A stretch of 63,981 nucleotides of DNA, the filler included, from Reticulomyxa filosa (lineage: Eukaryota > Protista > Foraminifera): assembly GCA_000512085.1 (NCBI GenBank). It is 19 parts of 19 records of this genome, joined end to end, with 100 filler letters (N's around TTAATTAATTAA, not from the genome) between each part and the next. Parts side by side here need not be neighbours in the genome. Positions count along the whole stretch, not along the records: positions 1 to 2,837 come from ASPP01005537.1; positions 2,938 to 5,629 come from ASPP01005047.1; positions 5,730 to 6,729 come from ASPP01043615.1; positions 6,830 to 17,511 come from ASPP01001046.1; 15 more parts are not named here. One strand, written 5' to 3'. Positions within the stretch are counted from its first letter, which is position 1; every line of letters starts with the position of its first letter. The position numbers were made by a program, and so were the translations under genes. Shown here one piece after another: positions 1-12,529 of the stretch. The notes beneath the pieces are model-generated. The model saw only the letters and a list, made by a program, of their open reading frames with translations, was not told the DNA's origin and did not search any database.

Positions 1-853
1 AGAATCAAAATTTGCTTTATTATTACATTCATTTGAATTAAATATTCGTTATAAAAAAGAATCTATTCCTATTTATTCTCATTATGTAAATCCTGGATTT
101 GTTTTACAAACTAATCTTTATCATTTTTTATCTTTTCTTTTTTATTTTTTACCTTTTCATAAAACTCCTTCACAAGCTGCTTCTTCTATTCTTTATGCTG
201 CTTTTCATCCTTCTTTATCTCGTCCTCTTTCTCATCATTGGATTTCTGATTGTCATATTCATTCTCTTCCTTTTTTTACACTTCCTTATTTACCTAAACA
301 TGATCAAGGTAATAACAATCATCTTATTACCACTAACAACAACTCTTTCTCACACTCTCTCTGGAAATACACTCTACGCCAAATTAGAATGCGCCATCGT
401 CCCATCCCTGGATAACTTCGGGCTCTCTTCCCTTTTTTGGATTTTGTTCACGCTTTTGTAGATCTTGTTGTTTGTTGATTTCGAATCTACAATTGAGATC
501 TTAAATTGAAATGAAGGAGTGAAACCAGCATTTGTCTTTGAAATGAATACTTGACAAATAATTTTAAATATTTCGTTGTTACATTCACGAATCAAGCAAA
601 ACATAAAACCGCTTTCTTATGAAGCTTCACTTTTTAAAGTGGTCACTTTTTGTGGTCTCTTTGAAAAAAAAAAAGTCTAGGATATTCTCCACGCATTTTG
701 AAGTCTGATGGCCGAACTCGAAACCACTTCTTCAGAAAAGGATTTAGATACCCACAATTGGGAAAAACTCAAGGTGTTCGTTATATTCAATACAAAAGAA
801 AAAATTGGGACACGGAGCTGCTAGTATGTGTTTGTGTTGGGCAAAAAAAGAAA

Positions 854-1630
854 ATGACGCTGGAGAATCAAAAGGTGCGTTTAGTGCCTTACACAACAGA
901 ACATGTTGTAACTTATAATGAATGGCTACGTGATCCATATATTCAAAGTTTTCAATGTCTTATTTCTGTATGAAATGGTGTCCAATTTGACTTGTCTCAC
1001 ACTACAAAAAAAAAAAAAAAGAAATGACCCAAACCGAGCCATTCACGTTGGAACAAGAATATGAGCATCAAAAAGAATGGGAAATAGATTCTATGAGTTC
1101 ATGGCCATTTTTTGCCTGTTTTGTTTGTTTGGACAACGTAGGGTGGTCTGACAACAATATTTACCAATTTTTTAATTTAAAAAAAAAAAGAGTATATATT
1201 TATAATATTGGACCCCAGCCAAGATAGTGAATCGAAATCAAGTAACTCCAAAGGTCGGATGGCTGGAGATATCAATGTGTTTTTGTCATGTATGGAAATA
1301 CAAAACTATGAAGATACAAGTGAGGCGAAAGAAACAAAAGAAAAAGGACAAACCCAAAGTGAGCAGAAATGGGTTGCGGAATTGAATGTGATGATTGCTG
1401 ATAAAAAGTGTCAACGCAAAGGTTTGGCAAAAGAGTCGCTGAAATTGATTATGGATTGGACTATTCAATATCTCAAAATTGATACTTTTATTGCCAAAAT
1501 TCATGCAAACAATCAACCTTCTTTGGCCTTATTCGCAGGTTTAGGCTTTAAACAACTCGAATACATTCCTGAGTTTGAAGAATACACTTTCATTCACCAA
1601 CATATTACATCCACTTCTCCGTCATCATGA
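854..1630 (+). CDS. NAT9: GNAT acetyltransferase NAT9-like, spliced (introns 948-1021, 1097-1190); 5' end may extend upstream
   Basis: Spliced product KVRLVPYTTEHVVTYNEWL..MTQTEPFTLEQEYEHQKEW..KYIFIILD..MAGDINVFL..AELNVMIADKKCQRKGLAKE..FIAKIHANNQPSLALFAGLGF matches the NAT9 motif order. GT-AG introns keep the frame. Confidence 0.88.
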
Positions 1631-2837
1631 TTTTTTTCTTTATTAAAGGTCATATAGGTAGGGCCGTTCAATTTACAAACATCTTTTAACACTTTTATTC
1701 TAATCCTGCATAATGCTAAGAAAGAACATGTCCGTTCTGTAAAAAAAAATCAATAAATGACTGACGTTCCCTTTTTGTTGATAACCCCAAAACTTGATAG
1801 CAATTCCATATTCTTCTTTTAACCTTGATCCTCATATGACCATTTCATTTCAAAATTATATAATTAGATAAAACTGATTTATCTTTGGGTTTTATATTCA
1901 TTTGAAAATTATTCGTGAATTACTTCAGTTTTGTAGGGGTCACTTTATTATAAAAATATCAACATCACCTATAGAAAAATCCTTTCATAGTTATTATCCA
2001 CTCAATGCTTGTTCAACAAGCACACAATCCTGAGGTTGATTCAGAGGAACTAAACCTAAAACTTTTCCAAGACCCGTGTAGCTATTTGGACTTTTAAAAC
2101 AACAAAAGCAAAATTAGATACCTAAAAAAGACTATTCCAATTCCGATTGTGAGGGCTCAACAACAAAAAGAAAGATGAATTTAGCAACAAAAACTTAGTG
2201 TGGAATCCTAATAAATTCATTTTCACAACAATGGGATTCTGTTTAAATGAAAAGAGGTAAAAATTTGTGTCAATGATGCATTTTTTAGAAAAGCACACAA
2301 ACCAAGTAAGCATCTGCCTTCAATAATACTCATCGTGTCAGCAAAAAAGAGTGATGGAAGGGAACAATAAGAAAGGAGAAGAAAAAAAAAGCAAATTAAC
2401 GAAACTAAAAAAAAATATATCACCAAATGTATGCAACAACTTTGGATAAAAGAGATTGAGCTTGTTCCTGTTTTTTTTCTTCTTCTTCTTTTTGTTTTTT
2501 TTCTTCTTCCAATCTCTGAGACAATGTTTTGACACTTGGATCAGGTTGATACCTTGTGATTGCAGTGCTATTTTTCATCAAAAAAAAAAAAAAAGAAATA
2601 AAAATAGCGTTTCGTTTTCTGTTTGTTTTTTTTCAAAAATTGAGTTTTTAAAGAGGAAAATCGCAAAAAATAACCGTGAGGCATAAGCATGTGCTTCAAC
2701 ATAAGTAGGCCCCGTTTTTTTGGATGAATGATATTTTAAAGAGCTCAAATCTTGTCTTTCTGCAGCTAAAGACGAAACATTAGAAGCATTGCTGACACTG
2801 TCGTCTAAATACATCGACTCCTTTTTTTTTTTTTTTT

Positions 2838-2937
2838 NNNNNNNNNNNNNNNNNNNNNNNNNNNNNNNNNNNNNNNNNNNNTTAATTAATTAANNNNNNN
2901 NNNNNNNNNNNNNNNNNNNNNNNNNNNNNNNNNNNNN
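2838..2937. other. Artificial contig linker N44-TTAATTAATTAA-N44 (first of 18)
   Basis: Identical 100-bp linkers start at 2838, 5630, 6730, 17512, 18629, 21017, 22464, 27108, 32192, 33622, 34736, 45527, 50011, 52084, 53509, 57374, 60385 and 62679. TTAATTAATTAA puts stops in all six frames. Genes are cut at the linkers. Confidence 0.98.
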
Positions 2938-5000
2938 GCTTAAACAAGGCCAATTTCACAAATGCATCAATGAAAGGAGTTTATTTTGGAGAGTATGCAC
3001 ATGTGAAGACAACTCCAGAAGAAGTAATGGGATTTCAATTTTCACCAGATAAAGAAAACGTTTTATGGTACTCAACAGATAATATCATTCGCGTATTGAA
3101 TATAAATTCGAAAAAAGTATTTCGAGAATTAAAGGCATCTTCAGACATTTTAACTGCACGATTCTTATCAGATAATTCCACAGTTATATCATGCTCACAA
3201 AAAAAAATCGAAACATGGAATATATTTTCTGATGGAGGATACAATGAATCAAAGATTAATATAACATTAATGGAGAAAGTACAAATTTCACCAGATGGCT
3301 CCAAAATTGTGTCCTATTCAAAGAATAAAATTCAAACATATGATATACAGTCTAAATCCCTGCTATTGGATAAAGATTCAACAAATACGGATAATGTGTT
3401 TTTTTTCCCCGACGGATCAAAAATTATATCATATTCATCCAATAATATTCCTCAAATATGGAGTATGTCGTCAGGTGAAATTATTCAAACATTAAAAGGC
3501 AATTTTGGTTTCATAAGTGGTGTTCGAGTATCAAAAGATTTATCTAAAATTTTATCATATTCAGATGACAACATTATCCAAATATGGGATTGGAACTCTG
3601 GTTATCAAATTCAAGTGTTAAAGGGACATACAAGTCGTATCAATGCAGTAGAATTCTCTTCTGATGACTCCAAAATTGTGTCTGGATCGGATGATAAGAA
3701 AGTTTATATCTGGGATGTATCGTCTGGAAAGCAGTTGCAAGTATTAGAAGGGCATTCAAGTTATGTAACTGATGTAGGATTTTTTGAAAACGATAACAAA
3801 GTTGTATCATGTTCAACTGATGGTACCATTCGAATATGGGATACCGCTTTAGAAAGAAAAATCCAACTAACGGAAGAGCATTTAGATATTGTAACAGGAG
3901 TACAATTATCTCCTGATGGATCTAAAATTGCATCATCTTTAGCAGATAAAACAATTAGATTATGGGATGTGCAATCAAGAAAACAGATAAAAATATTTAG
4001 AGGTCATTCAGAGTCAGTGCAAGGTATATTATTTTCATCAAATGGCTCAAAAATTGTATCATATTCATATGATAAAACAATTAGAATATGGGATGTATTA
4101 TCTGGGAAACAGATTAAAATATTAATAGGACATTTAGGAGATATAAGAAAAGTTGAATTTTCATCAGATAATTCTAAACTTGTATCATGTTCAATGGATA
4201 ATACAATTAGAATATGGGATATATTATCAGGAGAACAAATTAAATTATTAAATAAACATTCCCTTTGGGTAATAGGAGCAAAATTTTCACAAGATGGAAA
4301 AAAGATTTTATCTTGTTCATGGGATTGTACAATTAGATTATGGGATATATCTGAAGATAAATGTTATGAATGGAAAGGACATGAAAATTTAATAAATGAT
4401 GCACAATTTTCACATGATGAATTAAAAGTTGTATCATGTTCATATGATAATACAATTCGATTATGGGATGTATTAACAGGTAAATCTTGTAAATTTGAAG
4501 GACATTCTAAATGTGTATGGGGAGCACAATTCTCATCAAATGATTCTAAGATTATTTCATGGTCAGCTGATAAAACAATTCGTATATGGGATGTATTTAA
4601 TAAAAAACAATTACAAATATTACAAGGACATTTAGATAGTGTTTTAAAAGCTCAATTTTTACATAATGATACTAAAATTATATCTTATTCAAATGATAAA
4701 ACTATACGAATATGGGATGTTTCATCAGGAAAACAAATTCAATTATTAAGAGAACATAGTGGTGATATTGAAGGAATGCACATTTCATCCGATAATTCCA
4801 AAATTTTATCATGTTCAACAGATAAAACAATTCGATTATGGAGTGTCAACAACAGTAAAAAGACTGACGTGGATCAAACAAGTTGGATCAAATGTATTTG
4901 GAGAGTAGGTGTCCAAAGTGGTTTATCAATGAAAGAAAGTGTTTGGAAGGATACAAACGGTTTAACAGATCAACAAAAGCTACTTGTAAAACAGCGCTAA
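2938..5000 (+). CDS. C-terminal part of a pentapeptide-repeat + WD40 protein (NACHT/STAND-WD40-like architecture), 5' truncated by contig end
   Basis: Frame is open from the contig edge (LNKANFTNASMKGVYFG, pentapeptide-like). It is followed by many similar GH..V....FS.D..KIVS.S.DKTIRIWD repeats. No introns. Confidence 0.85.
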
Positions 5001-5584
5001 AGAATGTTAGGCTTTTTTTTGTGATTGTTTGGAAAGTAATGTTGAATCTATATATGCAACAAATATAATCTTTCTGGAACCATAAAGTAAGAACTAACAA
5101 TAATCAATCAAAGATTCCAATTTTTGGAACAATGATGAAAAAATATTTAAAAACTGAAATCAAAGCTATATTTATATCATATGATCAAGTACTTATTCAC
5201 ATTGAGGAAATAAAGGTCAAATATACATAATGAAAAATGAAAATACTGAACTAATGTATATCAATCTAGATATTTATATTTTCAAAAAGATTTGATTTTA
5301 TCAAATTTCTTTTTTGCATATCGTAGCTTGTATAATCTCTTTTGTTGGAGCAGCTTCAAAGAAAACAAATATTTAATTCAAAAAAGATATCTTTTTCAAG
5401 TCTTGAAATGAAATTGATCTGTTGAAAATAAATTACTAGCTTAAACAATATATATTTTTCTATTTTTTAAAATGTGCAATAGACATATGACTTTAATCTT
5501 TCGATCTTAAACAAATATTTTAATTTAAAGAAATGGTACTATTCTCTTAGTACGAACAGCAAATATCTTTTGGATACAATAAAA

Positions 5585-5629
5585 TACAGTAGATTGAAAA
5601 AAAAACTGACATACCTAAATGGCACTATA
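5585..5629 (+). mobile_element. Tc1/mariner-like element terminus (diverged copy)
   Basis: TA|CAGTAGATTGAAAAAAAAACTGACATACCTAAA runs into the contig end and matches the copies at 6830, 17405, 32155 and 45627. Confidence 0.55.
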
Positions 5630-5729
5630 NNNNNNNNNNNNNNNNNNNNNNNNNNNNNNNNNNNNNNNNNNNNTTAATTAATTAANNNNNNNNNNNNNNN
5701 NNNNNNNNNNNNNNNNNNNNNNNNNNNNN

Positions 5730-6729
5730 TTGGATATTTGACATACTTATGTTCATACAAAGGTGTCAGTTTACAGTTGGAAAGGATACAAAGAATTGCA
5801 ATGTGTCGAATCCTTGGTGTGATGAACCAGACTGCTTATGACATAATCAATGTTATTTCCCAGCTTCCTCCTCTTGAATTACGACGAAGACAAGAAGAGG
5901 TGAATCTGTACAACAAGTGTATCAGATGATTCAATAGTCATACAAGATTTGGAAGACCAATTTAGATTATATCTCATGGACTGGTAAATTATCGACATTA
6001 TCCTGTGGATGCATCAATGAAGCAGTTGAACAGATTCACATCCAATACCAAATATTCCACCAATGCAAATTGCAATGATGCCATTTGCGATCTTCAATGA
6101 ACTAACATCAGATGAAATTTTGTCATCATTGGATTTCGATTGCACTATGATATTTTGTGATGGAAGTACGTTCCCGAATCCTGGAATTGGAGGACTTGTC
6201 ATTCAGGATCCATATTTACCACAATGGCCGGAGTTGGAATACCCAATTACAACAAATATTGGATCAGAGATTGAGGCAATGAGACTTGCATTGGAATATA
6301 CAGATCACATTGTGGAAGAGTAATTATTCTCACTGATTGCAAGTTCGTGATTAATTCGATATTCATGGAATAGACATTGGATTTGTGAAGGTATCGATAA
6401 TCCAAGACATGCAATGCCACGATATTTCCTAACAACTTTGATCCTAATATCTGGTTTCCACACTCAATCCCAAATGATGAATTGTTTCATAGACAAGGAC
6501 AGACAATGTCCGGACACTTGTCCACCAACTGCGATGGATACCGTAAACAATCAGGAGATCTTTGGATATTAAACAAAAAAAAAATATCCCCATTATTCTC
6601 ATTAAATGATCTTAGGATCTTTTGACAATCTATAATTGCATTGGTGGAACATTTGAGATTGTATGAAAATCTGGTTTAACTATCAGCACTCCAGCCTCAG
6701 CTGCATGGATACATCCACGAGATAATGTC
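5730..6729 (+). mobile_element. Degraded non-LTR retrotransposon (RT C-terminal region + RNase H)
   Basis: LERIQRIAMCRILG..TAYDIINVISQLPPLELRR is typical post-RT sequence. RNase HI motifs follow: IFCDGS..NPGIGG, EIEAMRLALE, IILTDCKFV. Stops and frameshifts interrupt the frame. Confidence 0.75.
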
Positions 6730-6829
6730 NNNNNNNNNNNNNNNNNNNNNNNNNNNNNNNNNNNNNNNNNNNNTTAATTAATTAANNNNNNNNNNNNNNN
6801 NNNNNNNNNNNNNNNNNNNNNNNNNNNNN

Positions 6830-6869
6830 ATATGTTTTATGCGTTCAGTTTTCTTTGCAACTTACTGTA
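6830..6869 (-). mobile_element. Tc1/mariner-like element terminus
   Basis: Reverse complement reads TA|CAGTAAGTTGCAAAGAAAACTGAACGCATAAAACA, near-identical to 32155-32191, and points into the gap. Confidence 0.65.
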
Positions 6870-7166
6870 TTTTAACTTAGCTTCAGGCTTTTTTTTTAAT
6901 TTTATAAAGATTTTTGTAATTATATATTTAGCAAAAACAACTTATAAATGTCTCCTTTTTTATTTATACTAATTATACTAACATAAAATCTTAAGAAATA
7001 ATGTTTATTCTTTTTGAGAAATTGCATTGTGAGGGCTACACTTTAAACATGAAAGGAAAAATTATGAATAATTTTGGCATTACAATTTTATGCAAATTAA
7101 TGTCTCCGCTTATCACATGGAAAAAAACATTTTTCAATACTAGCATTACATTTTACCGACAAAAGT

Positions 7167-8253
7167 TTAAATTTGGATTTCTTGTGACACGTGAAGCTTT
7201 GTCTCACGTTTGAGTTGATAAAGTGTATAAAGATAAGTACACTTTAAACATATGGTATGTGGCTTTTGGAATCTTGAATCGGTCTGAGTTCGGTCTCCAC
7301 AGAATTTGGAGTAAAAAGGCTTGCCAATCTTTAGCGTCAAAAGTAAGCAAATAACGTTTGTTGAGCTTTCAATGGCCCAATAATTGTTAATTTGTCCCCA
7401 TACTGTCCCAGAGCCGTAGGCCAGTTCTAAGGTATAACAAGCTAGCATTATATCTGTCACTACATAAGCGATCACTGTCAGCAGCACCACACGTGTTGCC
7501 GTGTTGATGATCTCGAGATCTCTGTCTAACAAAACCGGCAGTTCAGTGTCTGATTTATTTTATTTTTTTGTGATCCTCACACCAAAAGACGTTTTTTTTA
7601 ATATAAAAAAAAAGATAAACCTTTCATCTCTGCCACAAGACTATTCCTTTGCAAATTGGTTGTGACGACCAACTCGAACAAGCCACGAACAAACAAAAAA
7701 CACATAGTCAAGCCAAAGTGCCTTCGATGATAAGCAATAGTATAAAAATGTACGGTACGAGCGTCTTGTAACCAAGCGACCATATAATTGACCCTATAAA
7801 CGAAACAGCAATAATGGCAATGGCATATCCCAAGAGAAAGAGGTATACGCGTTTGCTATATGCGTATATACTGCCCTCAAATGATATATGCAGCCGATAT
7901 GACCACAACAATGCATTGAAAAAACGTCCGAGCATCCATAACAATTCTGCAATCGATTGCAATACATATGACAGTTGACCGGACTGAACTTCATACAAAT
8001 ACAGTAATCCCCAACATGCTGTTATTACTGCTGTCAAAAGCATAAAAAATATAAATAATCCGGCATAAATGTCGCTATAGTGTTCTCTGCTTATGCACCC
8101 CTTACTCGAGCGCAGGATTGCTGGTTTGTTTGAGTCAGCACGGTCACACTGCTTCACCAGGAAATATACAAATACTGATGTAATTATCACTGTTCCTATA
8201 ATTGTAACTATTGTGCTTGGCCAATCCGCTTTTAGATCAAAACTTGCTGGCAT
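7167..8253 (-). CDS. Multi-pass (probably 7TM, GPCR-like) membrane protein; one intron (~7552-7620) and one apparent frameshift near 7716
   Basis: About seven hydrophobic helices across ORFs 7708-8256, 7598-7783 and 7167-7532. The splice MK-G|AC joins to DTELPVLLDRDLEII. Cys-containing C-terminal tail. Confidence 0.65.
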
Positions 8254-8929
8254 CACTAAGGCTTCAGCCCGTCAAAAAATGTGAACCGTAAACGCTTGAA
8301 CTTGGTTATGTGTACACCGAAAGTACAACAAGAAAGAAACCGAGTTATTGTAGATAACCAACAAAGGACGTGATCTTTGCAAATAATTATCACAATAACA
8401 ACAATAAAAAGTGTGGAGGATATCAATGTAATGAAACTATTTATTTATTTGTGAAAAATATTTGTTGAAAAGATTATTCCAAAAGAAAATATTATCAGCA
8501 TGAAAAAATCAAACTAATAAGCACAGGAAAAGAAAGAAAACAAAAAGAAGATTAAACCCGCACAAAAAAAACACCGAAAGACCAGTACCAAATCATAGAC
8601 ATGTTGTTTTTCCCTTGCAAAGAGAAAAAGGTCCGCAACCCCAAAAAACAAACCAAAAAATAAAAGAAAAAAAAGAGGAAAAACATGTTCCAAAAAACAA
8701 GAACAAAAGAGAAAAAAAATAGATAAGAAATGACAAAAACATTCCAAATTTTGCAAAAAAGGAAGCAAATAAACAAACAACGAAACAAAACAAACCACGA
8801 AGTGAGACCAAGCATATTCAATATCTCTTGATCCCTACAAAGCTTTGAATTTACAATAATCAAATATAGATCAGTGCCATTGTACAAAAACATACACAGC
8901 TATCGCCCACTGATGATTGAGTGGTAATT

Positions 8930-11206
8930 CTAATAGGTCTTGAACCGAAATAGAGAAGGAGAAGGAGATGCAATAGCGGAACGAAGAACCGTTTTTGTGC
9001 TTTCAATGGACAGCTCCAGCTCTTCGTCCTCCATCGCATCGAAGGTAATATGCTGCAGAGTGTGGGTCGATGCTGGTGTAAATGATAACGACGCAATGTC
9101 AATACTTTTTCGGGTTTGCGGTTCCATTGTGGAAGTAAAGCCAATGGAACTGCACCATTCCAAACTGGGCGATACACCAGAACTTGGTGTCCAATCTTGT
9201 CGATCTTTTCGACATGAGGAATTAAGCGTATCTTGTTGATTGCTTTTGCTATCCTTTTTATCGGATTGCCATTTCGCCTGGTTCCAATCGAACCCAAATT
9301 CGCCACTTTGTTTCGTTTCGACGTATAGCATTAGCTCATTTCTTGCCTTTCTTTCGGATGAGTCCATCGAATCGTTGCGTTTTTTGCTGGATCTCACTTG
9401 CTTTTTATCCGCTGAAGTCATTGTGTTCTTTTTTTTGTCAAATGTCTTTCTGTTGCTGTCGACATTTTCATTTGTCTTCAATGTGTTATCACTCTTGCAT
9501 TTCGTTTCGACACGTTTATATTTACGGCCGTTGTGTTTGTTTGCGCAAGCAAAGAAGGAGTGCATTTCTCCATCCGTGTCTTTGTTTTGTTTGTTTATTT
9601 GAATGTGTATTTTCTTTGGTCAAATCGTGTGTGTGCGCGTGTGCGAAAAGAATTGCAGAGACACAACGCAATGCAATACAAAACGATACAAAAAAAGCAT
9701 ACATGAATGGTTGCGCATCGACGAATAACGTGGTGGAGAGATGGTTGCCTCGACGTCTTCTTCGTTTTCGATTGTCGTTAGAGAATTACACAGCCGCAAA
9801 GATTCAAGTCCCTTCGGGGTGGGTTTTCTGTACAATTTTTTTTTTTTTTGTCGTTGTAATATACACGTGATAAATACAAACATTGAAACAAACAAAAAAA
9901 AAAGACGAAGCTGTGGAGTAGCTGTAAATTTGCTTGAACACCGTAAGTCGACATTGTGTCTTCATCGTCCTCATCCATCGAAAGCGAAAGTACTTGGCGT
10001 GTGTTTTCGTTTGTACTTTTCGTAGTGATGGCAGACTTTTCGTTTGACTCATCTTGGGAGTTGAATTGCTTGATGCTTTCGCTGCCGGCGAATATTTCTT
10101 TTTCTCTGTGAAAAAGCGCGACCAAACGATCAAAGTCATCAAATATAACACACACACGCACAAATCAATGATAACTGCAAGGACGCGGTTTTGGGCACTG
10201 CTGACACGGGTGTAGGATGCTGTCGCAAGACAGGATAGGGATGGGAGATGGAGTTGATCATATACTTTTGTGACAAATCAGCTTGATAGCAATGGCTTTT
10301 ATCCATTTCTTGCTGTGCATGTCGCTTATTGGAGACAAGGGAATCACTGGAGACTGTCTTCATGTCCATGTTAACCGAAGCGACGAGTGACTTTGTAACC
10401 GTTTTGTGGGGCGTTTTTGCTGCTTTAGTAGCAAGCAAATGTTTGCCAGGGGACATAAATTTGTTTGGTTGAACAATCATCGGTACTTTGGACGGAAGCA
10501 ACATCTCACCGTTCACTTCTTGATGTTGTTTTTCATTTTTCGGTGAACTGATTATTAATTGATCGTTCTTGGCCGTAGCATATTCTTTTGTTATCTTGGT
10601 TGGCGATTCCACTTCAACGTCGTCATAGTACAAGCTCGTTTTATCTAATTCCACGACTATTTTTGTTCTGACATCTGTTACCGAAGCCACTTCTTCGCTT
10701 CTTTCCATAGCCAGATTCAATGACAACATAATTTCACTTTCTTTTCTTACGTTGAATTCGCAAATTGACGCACTGTTTTGCTCGTCCATTTTCCCAAAAT
10801 AGCTATCCAGTTCTTTTATGTCCGATTCATCAAACAGGGATAAGTTGTTTGAGAATATTGATCTTTGTTCGCCCTTTTTTTTTTCCCCCCCCATACATAT
10901 GTAAAGTACGTATACACCAGTCGACGCAATATGCAAATATAGTTGTTTTTTTTTTTTGATGAAGAAAGAATAATTAAAAACCCGTTTGTATTTGTAAGTG
11001 TAGAATCTTCTTCCAAATCGATCAATGTGGACATGGACCAAATCGGAATAAACTCCAAATCGCAATTCACAAATGAGTTGTTGGGCTTTGCAGTCATCCC
11101 AAATGGACAACAGCTCGTGCTCTTTGATACCACTGTTCGAAGTTTTGAATAACCGTTCCAACAAATGCCGAAAGCGCTCAATTTTTTTTGGGTCAAACCA
11201 ATCCAT
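8930..11206 (-). CDS. Hypothetical multi-exon protein(s), no recognisable domain
   Basis: Long, codon-like minus-strand ORF segments (10139-11206, 9778-10161, 8930-9565) are separated by A/T-run intron-like stretches. Confidence 0.5.
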
Positions 11207-11529
11207 CGGTCTGTTTTTGTCAGTAAAAAAATTTCAAACTTCTCTCTCAACAAGTAACTAATCACTTAAAGCACAAAAACTAGTTTGTTTTTCTGACACT
11301 AACAATTACAGCACTAATTCGATCAAGCAAAAAAAAAAAGTAAAAGGCGCAAATTAGTAATGTACCTCTCATTCAACAGACTTCTGTCTGCCAAACATTA
11401 AAAAAAAGTGTATATATACGTTTTTTGATTGGTTGAAAAGTGTAATAAGAGAAGTTTACAATCGTATTACTTTTATCATATCTTTTTTTTTTTCCATTTT
11501 GAATTCTTTTGGTCAATCACAAGTACTTT

Positions 11530-12261
11530 TTAAAAAAAGGATGAAAAAATAGAGGAAATAACACAAGAGAGAAAGAGGGGGAAAAAAAAAAGAGAAAGAA
11601 ACTCTTTATTCATGACTTCTTTTGGCTCATCAATATCTCTTATGTTTGGGTGGGGATCTTGCTTTTCTTTGAAACTGTAAACTGGAAAACCATAGCAAGC
11701 TATTAACGATGAATAGTCCAAAGCCGGAAAAAATAAAAAATCCTCTTCTTTTTCTTGCATGCGGAGCTGGATAAAATCTTGGCTTACTCCTTCCTCATAG
11801 TTTGTCAGCATCAAGCCCCCGTTGCTGCTCTCTTTTCCTTCTCTTTTTGGATTGATCGGCGTCACATTGATTGGCAACGTATTATCCCAATGGCCGCTTT
11901 CTGGCATTACGCTGTTATCCTTGAGACTATTACAATTGCTTTGTAACATCGTCAGCAATGCCAACAAGTTTTCGTCATTTCGAGTTATCCGCGATCGCAT
12001 ACGGTCCTCGGGATAGTGCATCAATGATTTCAATGGATAGGACACATGTAAAGCAAGGTCCATACCATTGTTGTCCCATTTGTCTTGGGTGTTCTCGTCA
12101 GACGACTCGGACGACACGTCTGAGCTGTCAGATGAAAGCGGTGACATCTCTCTTCCAGAGGAAGGGGATAAGAGCATTAATGTGGAAAGATAACAACTAG
12201 CTGCGTTGCTCTGTTTTGTTTCAATATTTGATGCGTATTTAACATCATGATTTGAACTCAT
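11530..12261 (-). CDS. Hypothetical protein
   Basis: 243-aa ATG-initiated ORF with Ser/acidic composition; the 3' end is probably spliced. Confidence 0.5.
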   Translation of the reverse strand: MSSNHDVKYASNIETKQSNAASCYLSTLMLLSPSSGREMSPLSSDSSDVSSESSDENTQDKWDNNGMDLALHVSYPLKSLMHYPEDRMRSRITRNDENLLALLTMLQSNCNSLKDNSVMPESGHWDNTLPINVTPINPKREGKESSNGGLMLTNYEEGVSQDFIQLRMQEKEEDFLFFPALDYSSLIACYGFPVYSFKEKQDPHPNIRDIDEPKEVMNKEFLSLFFFPLFLSCVISSIFSSFF

Positions 12262-12529
12262 GTTTCTTCTCTTTTGTAGTTGTTTTCCGTTAGTGCTGTT
12301 CTTTCTTTTTTGTTTTTTTTAGAGCCGCGTTTGTGTCCCCAAGTTGTGATAGCACAGTGTTATTTGGATCTTTGTTTGTTGAATTTATTGCTTTAATGTC
12401 AAATTTTGGTGAATTCGTTAAAATCAGAAAAATTGAACGTTTCAAGATCCAACGATAACTTATTTTATCAGATTAAGTTAAAACAATTGCAAGTCTAATT
12501 GGTTTTTTATTTTAACTTTCCCTCTCGAT

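Noticed and set aside
2882-2893. Recurrent TTAATTAATTAA palindrome as a biological repeat or CRISPR-like array
   Set aside because: It is always centred in exactly 44+44 Ns, so it is an artificial six-frame-stop linker.
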